NCBI GenBank assembly: GCA_040285855.1
Contig: JAUFOQ010000013.1
Location: 868,001-932,000, forward strand
Length of the DNA: 64,000 nt
Direction of reading: 5' to 3'
Origin: Eukaryota sp. GEM-RC1
Lineage: Eukaryota
Made by a program: the position numbers and the translations under genes. The notes under the pieces were generated by a model. It searched no databases and was not told where the DNA came from. It worked only from the letters and a program-made list of their open reading frames with translations. Position 1 is the stretch's first letter. Each line of letters begins with the position of its first letter. This document shows, in pieces, positions 36,265 through 47,781 of this stretch.

Positions 36265-36825
36265 GTTTTATGAGGTCAATCTTTTCAAATTTTTGTATTT
36301 TCACTGTATGGATCTTTAGGTGAATCTGCAACATCATTACTTTTTTTTGGAGAGAATCATTTTATGGAACAAAAACACTAATATAAACACAAATACTAGA
36401 ACTCAATATCGTTAAAGCAACAATCATTGCCATCAAAACTCACATCAGCTTTTTCTTCATAAAAAACACTGAGTGCTAATAGAGCTTTTGAAATCATGAT
36501 AGGAATTGTTTTAAATATAGTAAAAACAATACGATTCAACCAAAATTTGAAATCAAATTTCTTGTTCACATTCTACATCATTACTTGAAATCTTTGTGAA
36601 GATTGTAAAAGAAAAAACATCTAGGACTTTTGATCTTAGATTTTGGAAAAATCGAATCGTGTTTGCTATCTTTAAAGGTATGGTGACTTCTGTATCTAGC
36701 GCTTTATTATCTCTTGGCAGACATTATGAAGATAAGGTATGTGAAAATTTCTAGTTAGGCAATCTGGACTTTGAGGATCTTGATTATTATATGTGTGTAC
36801 ACTGTAGTGTTGTTGTCAATAAAAC
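36265..36825 (+). mobile_element. 3' remnant of an RLE non-LTR element, interrupted by an antisense fragment
   Basis: FVFSLYGSLGESA (about 36292-36330) continues after about 36590 as FVKIVKEKTSRTFDLRFWKNRIVFAIFK; ends in aataaaa. Confidence 0.65.
36358..36590 (-). mobile_element. About 230-bp 3' end of the retroelement family seen at 2134-3165
   Basis: High nucleotide similarity to 2136-2340 (ttttatggaacaaaaacactaa...aaaaacaatacgattcaaccaaaa). Confidence 0.85.
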
Positions 36826-37740
36826 TTGTCAATGGAAAAAACAATCTTAATCTACAAACATTCAAGGATTTTTCTTCCTTACCTTAAAATCTTCGGCATC
36901 TCATTTATCAACCGACAATCTAGACCTTATGGTCTTCATCTCAATTATGACGCTTGGAAACTTAACATGTGTTTTCGTTTAGGTCTATTTCCGTCTAATT
37001 TCTTAGATAATACAATGTGTTGCTGTGATAAAAGACCGAAAGCTGACTTCAACCACGTTATCAGTTACATAAAGTTTTTCAGTTCAAATCGATTTTAGAT
37101 AATAAAGTTTGTGACGTTATGTATGAAATGTTGAAATTGTCACGGTTTTAATGAGAAAATCGAACCTCTTATTAAGCATTATAGTAATGATAATTTTACC
37201 AATTCTCGACGAGGTGATCTCATTGTATCATATCTTGATTCTTGTCAAGCAGTGATAGATTGTATTACTGTTGATCCTCATGCAAAAGTCTCTTTGAATT
37301 TAGTTTCGAGTGACTCGGAAAATCATTTATCCAAAGCTGAAAAAAAAAGATTGAAACATATTCTGACAGAATGAACAAACTGAATTCCATTTTTTATTCA
37401 TCTTTGAAATTCATTCCATTCGTTATATCAATTCTTGGTAACAATGGAAAATGCTACTGAAAATTCCTTTGATGTTTCTTCAAAATTGTGTCGAGATGAA
37501 ATGAAGAATATCAATCAGACTCTTTGGCGCAATCGCATTGTTTTATCTTTATATAGAAGTTTCCCAAAGTGTTTGAATCGTATACTGGACGAATTGTATT
37601 GTGATAGTTCAAGATTAGATGTAGATCATTTAATATCTTTTAAGTTAGTTTTTGGTTAGTGTACATTGTACGTGGTCAGTTTTAAGTACTACTTTAAGTA
37701 GAAGTTTGTATTTCATCAATTTGTGACATAAATCAAAAAG
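36826..37740 (+). mobile_element. Decayed 5'-truncated RLE non-LTR retrotransposon
   Basis: RPYGLHLNYDAWKLNM.FRLGLFP, CCCD..FNHV, IEP, RRGDL and LWRNRIVLSLYRSFPK, homologous to 38220-39383, with stops and shifts. Confidence 0.8.
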
Positions 37741-37880
37741 GTGTTTTTTCTACTGCAGTTTTTTTGTAGATAGTTATAACTTAAAACTAAACGAACATTA
37801 CCATTTAGTATTGCAGAATATTAACAAAGGAAACAATAAACAATAAAACTCTCAATCAATTGGTTTAGAAATCAAACTAC

Positions 37881-39435
37881 CTAAATGTTTTCTGATTGGT
37901 AAGCGGTTTGCGGAACTTATGTATGGTGAGCAATCTATCCAGTTTGTGGACTATAACACTGAAGCTGTCCGTTTTTTGGGTTCCTATTTTGGCAATCCTT
38001 TGCAGATTGAGAGTGTGCTCAAGAATTATCTTCAGAAAATCAAAGTTCAATTGCAGACTATACAAGATCTCAAGATCGATAACCACTTGGCTTTTTCAGT
38101 ACTTTCGGTCTGTTTTGGATCGAAAATCAATCATCTTCTTAGATCTTTACCACCTGAGCTTTCTCTTGGTTTTGCTCGTGAGTTCAACTCTTTGAGAACT
38201 CAATTTTTAGGGAATTTGGTTGAAATCAATAGTTCCAAAATTCCTTATCATGCCTTTTCAGTTCAAAATTTGGTGGTGTTGGTTTTCAAGAGCTGAGTAT
38301 TTATGTAAAAGTGCTTTCGTTGGTGGTATGAAGAACTTTCTTTTTGAGAGTAAGCTTCGGTTCGAAAATATTTTCGATTCAGTTGTAGACGGCTCTTACG
38401 CTTTATTGAACTCTTTGGAGGACTTAGTTCAAGGTTTGCCTATTGAAGTTTGGAACAAAAGTTTCCCGAAAAGTGTTTCATCTATTCCTGATCGGTCAAT
38501 TGAATTTCTACCTCTTGCTGTAGTTAAGTTACAGAATGCTACATTACTTGGGTTGGAAGGTAAAAGACTTAGTGTGACTAAGATTGATAATCCCGTCTTT
38601 GCAGATTTTTTATGTGACATTCAACAGTGTTCTAGCTTCATCACTCAACAACCTAGACCTTTTGGTTTACATTTGAACAATGATGCTTGGAAGCAAAATA
38701 TGCGTCTTCGTTTAGGTTTATTCCCTAGTGGTTTGCTAAATAATTCAATCTGTGTTTGCGATAACCGATCTACAGCCACATTTCGTCATGTCGTTAGTTG
38801 TAAGAAATTTTTGCAATTTCGATCTGTTCTACATAACGCTGTTCGTGACGTTACTTATGAAATGTTCAAATCCTACAATTATAGTTGTAAAATTGAACCT
38901 CTTCTGAAACATTATAGTGACAATAACGTGTTTGATTCTCGGCGTGGTGACTTAATTGCTCCTTTCCTGGATTCATCTCAAGTTGTGGTTGATTTTACTA
39001 CAGTTGACCCGTTTGCAAAAGTCTACCAAGACTCCATATTGAATGATTCGAATGGTCATCTGGAAAAGGCTGAACAACGAAAGTGTTCAAATTATGCGGA
39101 TGCTTTGCAGAAGCTTAATGAAAATCTATATTCTAAGTTTTCATTTGTTCCATTTGCCATTTCAATTTTTGGTAACATTGGTCCAGCCGGTTTAAAGTTT
39201 TTCAGTGATTTTAGTCTTTTATGTCGTTCTAATGGCAAGGTGTTTAATAGCGCTCTATGGATTAATCGAATTATGTTCGCTCTTTATAGAAGCATTCCCA
39301 AGTATTTATGTTCCATTTATTCGAAGTTGTATAGGGACAATTTTCGTGTTGATGTGAAGAATTTAACTTCTTTCATTTTCTGAATTAGTATGTATTAATT
39401 TATTGTTGCAAATAAACTCTTATATAACAATAAAA
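37881..39435 (+). mobile_element. 5'-truncated CRE-like non-LTR retrotransposon (end of RT, thumb, CCHC, RLE)
   Basis: VRFLGSYFG (RT motif-7-like), INHLLRSLPP, (KF)GGVG, CVC..RHVVSC, HNAVRD, IEP, RRGDL, VVDFT. Possible short TSD aaactac (37874-80, 39433-39). Confidence 0.85.
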
Positions 39436-40540
39436 CTACTATAAGTTTGACACTTTAATAGCCGTAACATGCCACTATAGAAGACGCCACTGGAAGTCCT
39501 CAAAGACTTAGTTTCCACATAAAGGATCAACAAGGGCCTTTAAATATTCGATTGAGGTTAAGTTGGTCTCCTTCAAACAATCTAAATGTGTATGAAATTC
39601 TTCTGTAGGTGACCATGTTAGTTAATTCACAAAAGACCAATCATTTACAACTGTTTACATGGGTGATCACTGTTTAGATCTATTTAAAGACAATGGTTTT
39701 CGTGAGAAAATCGAATCTGTTTTGAATACACTGTCTGATTCAATTTTGGAATGAATAGTGAGGAATGATTACTAGTAGGTATTCTGACTTGATTCTCAAT
39801 GGTCCCTTTGGACTTAGACATGAATATATGGAGTTGAGATATCCTTTCTTAATACTGACTGACAAACAACACAATAAACGCTAATTCAGAAAATGTAAGA
39901 ATAATTAACACTCATATTCTTTATTTGTAATGGGAGATAACAGTCATTGGTTATAGAAGAGAAGATGAAGATAAAGTTCAGCGAGCAATCAATTCAGGGC
40001 CAGTAACTCTTCTAAGAGCATAAACGGCATAAATGGCATTGTCAGTCAATATCAAATGACTCCCGGTTCGTTTTCTTTCATTTTAAACAATAACACCAGC
40101 CGAAAGTCCCCAAACTAAGCTGAGAAAACAGGGGAAAACCTAGACAAGGTTATTTTTTACAAGGTAAAAGATAACTAACTAGAGTCTGTCGGACAGCTCC
40201 AATAGTCTTGAGTAGATAACAAAAAAGATCATAAGCAGAACAACTAGCAAACACTGACACGTACAAGATTGAGATCACTGCTTTAACAAAAGAAGCCAAT
40301 ACTTGATCAACTATAATAAAGGCAACCTTTCGTAGAGCAAGTTTCGAACAAAGAGCTCAAAACCAATCATTAAATAGCAGCAAAACACAACTGAAAAGTA
40401 ACTGCTAAAGTAATAGGAACTTTATGGAGATGTTTCTTTCCAAAGACACTTGTCCAACTATAGTACGAAGTGGAAGCTACTGGAAAATAACCACACAGAT
40501 TCAAAAAAGATTCATCATCTACAACTACCTGGTGAAGACA

Positions 40541-40593
40541 TACGACAAAAACACCGACAAAAACACCGTCCAAAACACCGACAAAAACACCGA
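40541..40593. repeat. 12-bp tandem repeat (cgacaaaaacac), about 4 copies
   Basis: acgacaaaaacaccgacaaaaacaccgtccaaaacaccgacaaaaacaccga. Confidence 0.8.
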
Positions 40594-41319
40594 AGAACCC
40601 CAACCCGATACCAAAAACTCAATGTTGGTCGAGGTTCACGTTAGTTAAAGGAAAGGGGACAAAGAGATCCAAAAATCGGAATCCCCGAGTAAAGATGACT
40701 GACAACTCCAACGTTAACTCTAACATTTGCTATCACGAATGAAATTAAAGGGATAGAGTTATTGAATAACGCCATAAGAAACATTTTCCCCAGAAAACAG
40801 GAAGGAAGTTTCCCTGGGGAGAAGTAGTTTCGATAGGAGGTTAGAAGTACAAGCAAGACAATGGTCGTGATTAAACCAGTGAGTCAAACATTTTCTTTCA
40901 AGAATCTGGATTGAGACTTTCTGTAGCAATACGAATAAAGAGAAAAGATAAACCCCAGAGTAACCAATCAGAAATGGTTTTTGATTGAACTTCTTTTGAA
41001 GAAAAAGAGTCTTAAACTAAGACAATAAAAGAATCACGAACTAGCTTAAGTTAAAGATCAATTGATTGCGATTTCTGGTAGAAACAGGCTCTGGCGGTAG
41101 AATTCTTTTGTCCTACCTTATTTCTTCAACATTAGTAATCTAACATTGCCAGTTAGTCTAAAGATGGAGGTAGATAGTGGAAGTAGAAATCCCAAACTAC
41201 AGTTTGAAAGGTCCAGTCTGGTCTGGATAAGAGACAAAGTACAAGAAAAATACATGAAATAGAGAATATGTATTGAAAGAGCGTTGAGATACAAAGGGAA
41301 AGAGCGAATCCGAGATAGG

Positions 41320-41682
41320 ATGAATTTACTCAACGTAATGTATGCAACAGTACCAGACAAAACTCCACGTGAGCAAATCTATGTAGAAGCAGAAGAACCC
41401 TCCTATCCACCACTTCCTCAGAACCCAGCCTATTCTCCCCAAAGAAAGGATTTCCTCATTTCAATGATTATCTTGGTGTTATCCATCTGCTTTCCTCCAG
41501 CATGGCTTTTGAACTTGATGTTCTGGAATTCCGAAGACAACCGAGCCAGAAAAGTGGCGAGAATTTCATTAGGATTGTTTCTAGCAGCTTTGGCGATCGC
41601 TGTGATAGTTATGGTGAGTATGATGGGCAAGGGACATAAAGGAGGAGGTGGGCACCATGATGACGACCACCACCACCATTAG
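41320..41682 (+). CDS. Small membrane protein with Pro-rich N-terminus and Gly/His/Asp-rich tail
   Basis: Two hydrophobic segments; C-terminus GGGGHHDDDHHHH. Confidence 0.7.
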   Translation: MNLLNVMYATVPDKTPREQIYVEAEEPSYPPLPQNPAYSPQRKDFLISMIILVLSICFPPAWLLNLMFWNSEDNRARKVARISLGLFLAALAIAVIVMVSMMGKGHKGGGGHHDDDHHHH

Positions 41683-42569
41683 TTTTTTGTATATAAAGTT
41701 GACCTTTATACTGTTTGTTCAAGGAATAGGTCTTGATAGTAGAGCGGATTAAGCATTGGTTCATTTCTATACTGAAAGATGACGTCGATTAAGAGAGAGT
41801 GTAGTATAATGAGGTGATGAGAACGTAGGGGAAGACGTATAAGGTGCAATCAAATTTCTGTGAAAATCTCAACCCTTCTGCTTTTAAAGGCATGTATGGT
41901 CACACGAACAGGCTTATGATATTGACATGGTGATATTTCAAAAGGCACCACGTTTGCATTGTTTTCAAATCTATATGAGAATGTCTCTCATTGGAACATT
42001 TAGTTTAGTGTTTGTTAGCCACAGTAGTTAGATATAATTCCATTTATAAAGATCTTTTCACGCTTTGCAATCAAACTGTATCATGTTGATGTAACTAGTG
42101 ATTTTATTGTTTCACTTTAATACTTCGTTAGTTCAGTTTAATTTGACTAAAGATACTAGTAGTGGTTTAACTTCTGCCCACTAAGTTTAACTGTTGTAGT
42201 AAAGTAACTTTAAGATTTCAATAATTAAGTTCACTATTTATTCAGTTCCAGACGATGAAGAATCCTCCAAATAACCAGAGATAAGCTAGACAAGGTTAAA
42301 ATTGAGCTAAAAGCTTACTCAACTTCCCTGACAGATATATTCTACTCCAGCTTGAGCTTTTATTACAAGCATATTCTTTTAATCAGTGCTATGCTGACAT
42401 TGTAGAATTTATTCTATTTGTACTAAAACTAACAGGATGCTATTGGAGTCTTATTCATCGATTGAAGTGTTCTATGGAAGAACCGATTAGTAATACACAG
42501 AGGAAGATAGTAACTGTAATGAAGAGTGCAAACGGATGTTCACTATGGCATCGTGAAGGAAAACTATCA

Positions 42570-42788
42570 TCACGAAACTAGGTATTTCACAGCCAATGCA
42601 AGTGATGCCAATGCTACAACAGGACTAAGCCGTTCCCCAATTCTTGAAGCTTTCCAAAAGACACCCGTGAATCCAGAGCCAGAATTGTGAAAGAGCTTGA
42701 ATCGTGTCTGTAAAAAGGTTGATGTACATATAACCAGAACAATGATGGCGCTGATTGTGTTGAGATTTAGAAAAGCCTTTAGTGGCAT
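42570..42788 (-). CDS. TMEM167: Protein Kish (TMEM167)
   Basis: 72 aa from ATG 42788: ICTST..GFTGVFWKASRIGERLSPVV matches the Kish signature. Confidence 0.9.
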   Translation of the reverse strand: MPLKAFLNLNTISAIIVLVICTSTFLQTRFKLFHNSGSGFTGVFWKASRIGERLSPVVALASLALAVKYLVS

Positions 42789-43150
42789 TGTGGAAAACTT
42801 TTCGTAAACCAACAGATTTCGTTCATTGGTTAAACCTATTCTATGACTTTGCTCTATATTCTGCACATCAAATAACGTGTGTTGCTCACACACTTTTGTT
42901 AATAATCCATGTTCGTATTGATTTATCTTGCTTAATGCATCCATTTCAGTCTATTGCTCTACTCCGTACCACTTCTTCTTAATACCCATCAACTTCTGCA
43001 TGAACATTTCTAACTTTTCAACCATTAATGTCCTAAACGGATATCTTTTGGTCGACCAATCATTGTTCCCAGAAAAGTGCTTTCACTGTTTCAATAATGT
43101 ACTGTGAGTCGGGCTTCAACTCTCCGCCATCCAATCTCTTACATCAAGTA

Positions 43151-43911
43151 ATGTTTTCTTTCTCTATTGACCCCAGATCAACCCTTTCCTAGGAATCGCT
43201 GAACCATTTAGCTGTCTCTCTCACCTAGGCTTGGCTTTGATTGTGGCTTTGAAAGGCAAGAAGCTCTTCTCCAAGGCTCAGGACAAAGCTTCTAGAATTG
43301 GTATAAACCTATACCTCTTTGGTGCTCTATTCAGTATGATTGTCTCCTCTATCTATCATCTTGTTGAACCCTGCACTTCCCGTCGTTACTTCCTCCGTAA
43401 GCTTGACCACTCAGCAATCTTCTTCCTGATCGCTGGAACCTTCAGTGGATGTCATTTGACTTGTTTCAAGAAGTTCTCAGCTAAGTATTTCCCTCCTCTA
43501 CTACTGTGGACTCTTGCAGTTATTGGGGTTACCTTAAAAGTCTTCTTCTTTGATCACATCAATCCAATCCTTTCCCACTCTCTTTATCTTCTTTGTGGGT
43601 GGATTGGACTACTCACTGCCTTTCAGTTATATCAGAAGTTTGGGTTGAGGTTGGCGAGGCCAGCTTTGTTGTATTTGTTACTTGGGGGGATCTTCTATTC
43701 TGGTGGAGCTTTGATTGACTGTTTCCGTAGAGATGTAGTTTTAGTTAGTGGGGTAATAGGTGCTCATGAAGTGTTTCATGTTGGAGTGTTTTTAGGAGTT
43801 ATGTTTCATTTCTATTTCGAAACTTACTGTGCAGAGAAGTTACATCCTTTGATCGCTTTGGAAGATGAAGAGGAAGAAAGAAGTGGGGTGAGCAAGGTTA
43901 AAAGAGTTTAA
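43151..43911 (+). CDS. Hemolysin-III/PAQR (TrhA-like) membrane protein; -1 shift in C4 at 43171-43174
   Basis: EPFSCLSHL, SSIYH, LDHSAIFFLIAGT, YLLCGW, GGIFYSGG and HEVFHV motifs. Confidence 0.9.
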
Positions 43912-44740
43912 TAAACATGGAGGGTTTTTTTTCAGAGAGTTGCATCGACCTTGGGTTTATACCACATGTTATTTTTCCCTATTTGATGTTTACTGTATTG
44001 ATTATGACCATCTACATACATGTAACTGTTTTCTGTGACTTTGAGTAAAATTAGTAAAAACAACTTCGCCTGGAAAAACGGATTTAAGTGCGGAGAAGAA
44101 CACAATACAAGAATACAACAATTAAATAAAGACTATAAAAAACTATCAAACGAACCAATCAATTTCGATAAAATAGTTACCAACAAAAACAACTTGGCCA
44201 AAATAGAATTAAAATACCTATACATTGTCTTAAAAATCGAAAAAGCAAATTTACTCTTCCAGAATGACAAGTTGAACTTCTTACCAAATTCTGAACAATG
44301 TTTCAAACAAATTCAGAAAATCTTTAGTGTGACCACTAGAATTGCCATAAAAGGAAAACAAGATACTTTGAGAAGACATCACGGTCAAAATCGAACGGAG
44401 TTTGTACATCTGAAAAGAAATGACATCATCATCAAACGAGAGGAATCTTGCAAAATTCAATAAGTTTAGTGTGAAGTGAAGTCTACGAGTGACTTGAGCT
44501 TGAGTGAAGCTACACATCACCAGAAATGACTCAATAGGTTTAGGATAAGGTAGTAAGTTGAAACATCATTATAAAACTTGGCAATAGGACAAACATATCC
44601 AAAGAATTCCAGAGGTTTATTGTATGAAAATGTACTTTCTAAATTTTATACAATACTTCAATAAGACTGCATACGGAAGATGATGATGGAAGAAGAAAAC
44701 GTCATCAATTGACACGTAGTGAGTTAACAAAAGAGAATTA

Positions 44741-46501
44741 TCATATGATCCGATTATTTGAGATTCTTTTGACGAGTTGTCTAGTCTCAGAGTCAATAAA
44801 GTTAAAACCAAGATCAATCTTAGTAACAGTGAAATTGACTTTCAAAACGTCAGCCAATGAAATGGCACCTTCAGTACCAATAGAGTTACCCCCAAGATTA
44901 ATCTCAGTAACAGTGGAATTGACTTTCAAAACGTCAGCTAATGCAATGGCACCTTCAGTACCAATAGAGTTACCCCCAAGATTAATCTCAGTAACAGTGG
45001 AATTCACCTTCAAAGCATCAGCCAATGCAATGGCATCTTCATTACCAATATAGTTAAACCGAAGATCAATCTTAGTAACAGACCCATTCCTCATTTCTTC
45101 CAAAACCTTCCTCAATCCAGGTTTTAACTTACTCAAATCAATTTCATAATTACTATTAACTTCCCTTTTACAGGTATTTCTTGTTGTAATTTCTTCTTTG
45201 GCTTTGGAATTAAACCTTGAGAACTTCCAAAAGAAGGTGGTGCAATAGACTTGTGAGGAATTTGATTATTAGGAGGGTTGACTTTTAAAATTTCGGATTT
45301 AAGATGTTCATTTTCTTCTCTTAAGGAGTGATTGTCAGTTGTCAAATTTAAAATTTGTTGGTTGAAAGACTTTCCCTGGTCATGAAGCTTATTGTTCAGA
45401 GTAGAAATACTTTGAATTTGATTGACAAGTTCAGAATTTTCACGTTTCAAGTTCAAAACTTCATCACTGAGTTCATCAATTTTAGTTTTCAAAGATCCAT
45501 TTTCTTCAATCAAAAATGATTGGTCATTAATAACACCATCAGCTTCCAAAACATCCAAAGTATTAAAAATATCAGTGATTTCATGAATTTGAGGTCGTAA
45601 TGATGGATCTGGATTTAAACACTTCATTATTATCTCTTTCAAACATTCTGGTGTTGAATCATCAAAAGGTAATGGTTTGCCTTGAACTTTAGCTCCAACA
45701 ATCTGCATCATTGAATAACCAGCAAAAGCTTCTCGCCCAGTTAAAAGTTCATATAGTATTAATCCAAGTGAATAAATATCACTAAAGGGACTAGCATTTG
45801 ATTCAAACTGCTCAGGGGCAGCATACTTGGGACTCATGGCATTTGCTCTGGTCACGAGAGTTGTGGCGGCGAGGTTCTTGGAAGTGCCAAAATCAGCTAC
45901 TCTTACATGGTCATCAACCAAAAGGACATTGGCAGGCTTTAAGTCTCCATGTACAACAGACTTGAGATGGAGGAACTTCACTGATTGGCAAAGTTCTTTG
46001 GCGTACCTAACAGTAGTTGAAGAGAGAAGACTTGGGGAGGGAGGGAGAAGAAGCTAATTCCATGACGATGCCAATGGAATTATCAAAGTAGGTGGTACCA
46101 AACACACGTAACACAGCAGGATGATTGAGATTGAAGAGAAGATTCATTTCTCTATGGAGTTCTATACGTCCTTTCTCTGTGAGGGAGACCATCTTAATGG
46201 CGACGGGGAGATCGAACCATTTGGCGGAGTAAACGTCAGCAAAACCTCCTTCCGCGATCTTATCTCCGAGAACGATTTGATCTGAGGGGATTTGTGGACA
46301 GAGTTCTCCATCGCGAGAGGCTTTGACCAGGTCCTGCAGAGCATAGTTTACTTTCCTATCTTCAAGACAATCGATACGGCAAAGGGGACATTGATTCAAG
46401 GACTCTGAACACTCGGAGCAACAAGTATGTCCTTCGCAGCAGATGAGGAGGGGAACACGGTTAGAGAGATTGAACGATTCACAACAAACGAAGCAGTCCA
46501 T
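44741..46501 (-). CDS. RING-kinase-coiled-coil-LRR protein, copy 3 (4 LRR strands; two frameshifts in the assembly)
   Basis: Colinear with copy 2. Breaks occur at the C-run region (about 46033-46045) and at A4 versus A5 (45166-45169). Confidence 0.85.
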
Positions 46502-47781
46502 GTTGAGAAGTGATTTAATTTCAATTTTGGACAACTCTCTCAACCAGTTCTTTCTCAAAAAGAAGGTCTCGAACAATCATAGCTCTGATCTTGGTAAAAA
46601 GGCTTGAGTTGGTTGAATCGAACTACATCGTTATATATCTTATCAATCAATTTTCACAACAATTGTGTGTGAAAAGGAATTTTGGCCTTTGTCTTCCTTA
46701 ATTTTCTGAATTTAGTACTTTTGAACTTCTCACTTACACACCCATCCTCCCTCTCCACTGATTTTATCATTATATCAATTATTCGCTATCAGTAACAAGG
46801 ACGTGTTGACTTACTTTATTGTATTACTTGTCATTTTTGGAAAAAAGGGAATGATTACGGAGAATTAGTCTAGGTTAGTACATGGGTTTCCATTACTTTC
46901 TCAACTATAAACACGTCAAAATTAGTTCGATCACAAATGTTCCAACTGTCTGGATGTTTAGAAGAAACTTGACGAATATTCATGTTCCACTATTTCTTTA
47001 ATTTCATGTGCTTATTTCAATTTATGGTAATAATACAAAAAAGTAAATTGACAAGTGACATTTACACTTTTACTGAGACAGAATGTTTCAAAAAAACTCA
47101 GTGAAATTCATCGTTTTGTACCGTTCTTATGGGCTGTTTTTGAAGTGATTGTATTGATAATGTTGTGTCTGCACTTTATAAAGCACTCAGAGTGGGAACT
47201 TACAACAACTTTAATTGTAGTTGTTGAGTGTCCGAATGCGCACTCAGTGCGAAGCATGCTGGCTTACTCATTAAATGATCTCAATCTCTTTTTGCCCATT
47301 TGTTAAAACAGTAACTCAGAGTTTTGAAGGAATCGAGTAGTTTAGTATCTGTTTTCATTAGGGTACGCAACACAGGCAAACTGCCACATGTGTGTTACAA
47401 AGATAATCTTTGAAAGATTACAAATTTGGCACATGTGTTTTCGTAAGATGTTTCTGTTGTATGCGTTTATATCCGTCTATGTTTTTAAGAGGAAAAGATA
47501 AAGTTGTATGTCGTAATTGCAAATTACTGTGTACATCCTTTAAAGATAAGTCCAGAGTACTTACTGGGACTATTGATGTCTCTGATATCTTCATTCTTAT
47601 GACTTTCATTCAATAGAAATAATTTATACAACAATTATAACACGCTCCGTGTGTCAATCGTGAATTTGCTACACATGTGTTTGCACGAGTACAGTATTCA
47701 CTGTTTAACTCATTGTAAGAAATTCATTTTTGTTTAGAAAAAAGGACTAAACAACTTCAACCAATGGTTTATTCATGGAAA

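Noticed and set aside
34150..39435. Diversity-generating retroelement (adenine mutagenesis) acting on the LRRs
   Set aside because: The variable codons (NAG, NAT, NGG) are suggestive, but silent adenines in the scaffold (gca, gaa) stay fixed. No non-coding template repeat is visible, and the neighbouring RT remnants are truncated non-LTR/RLE type.
42789..42944. N-terminal extension of Kish
   Set aside because: Kish homology begins at ATG 42788 and gives the typical length of about 72 aa.
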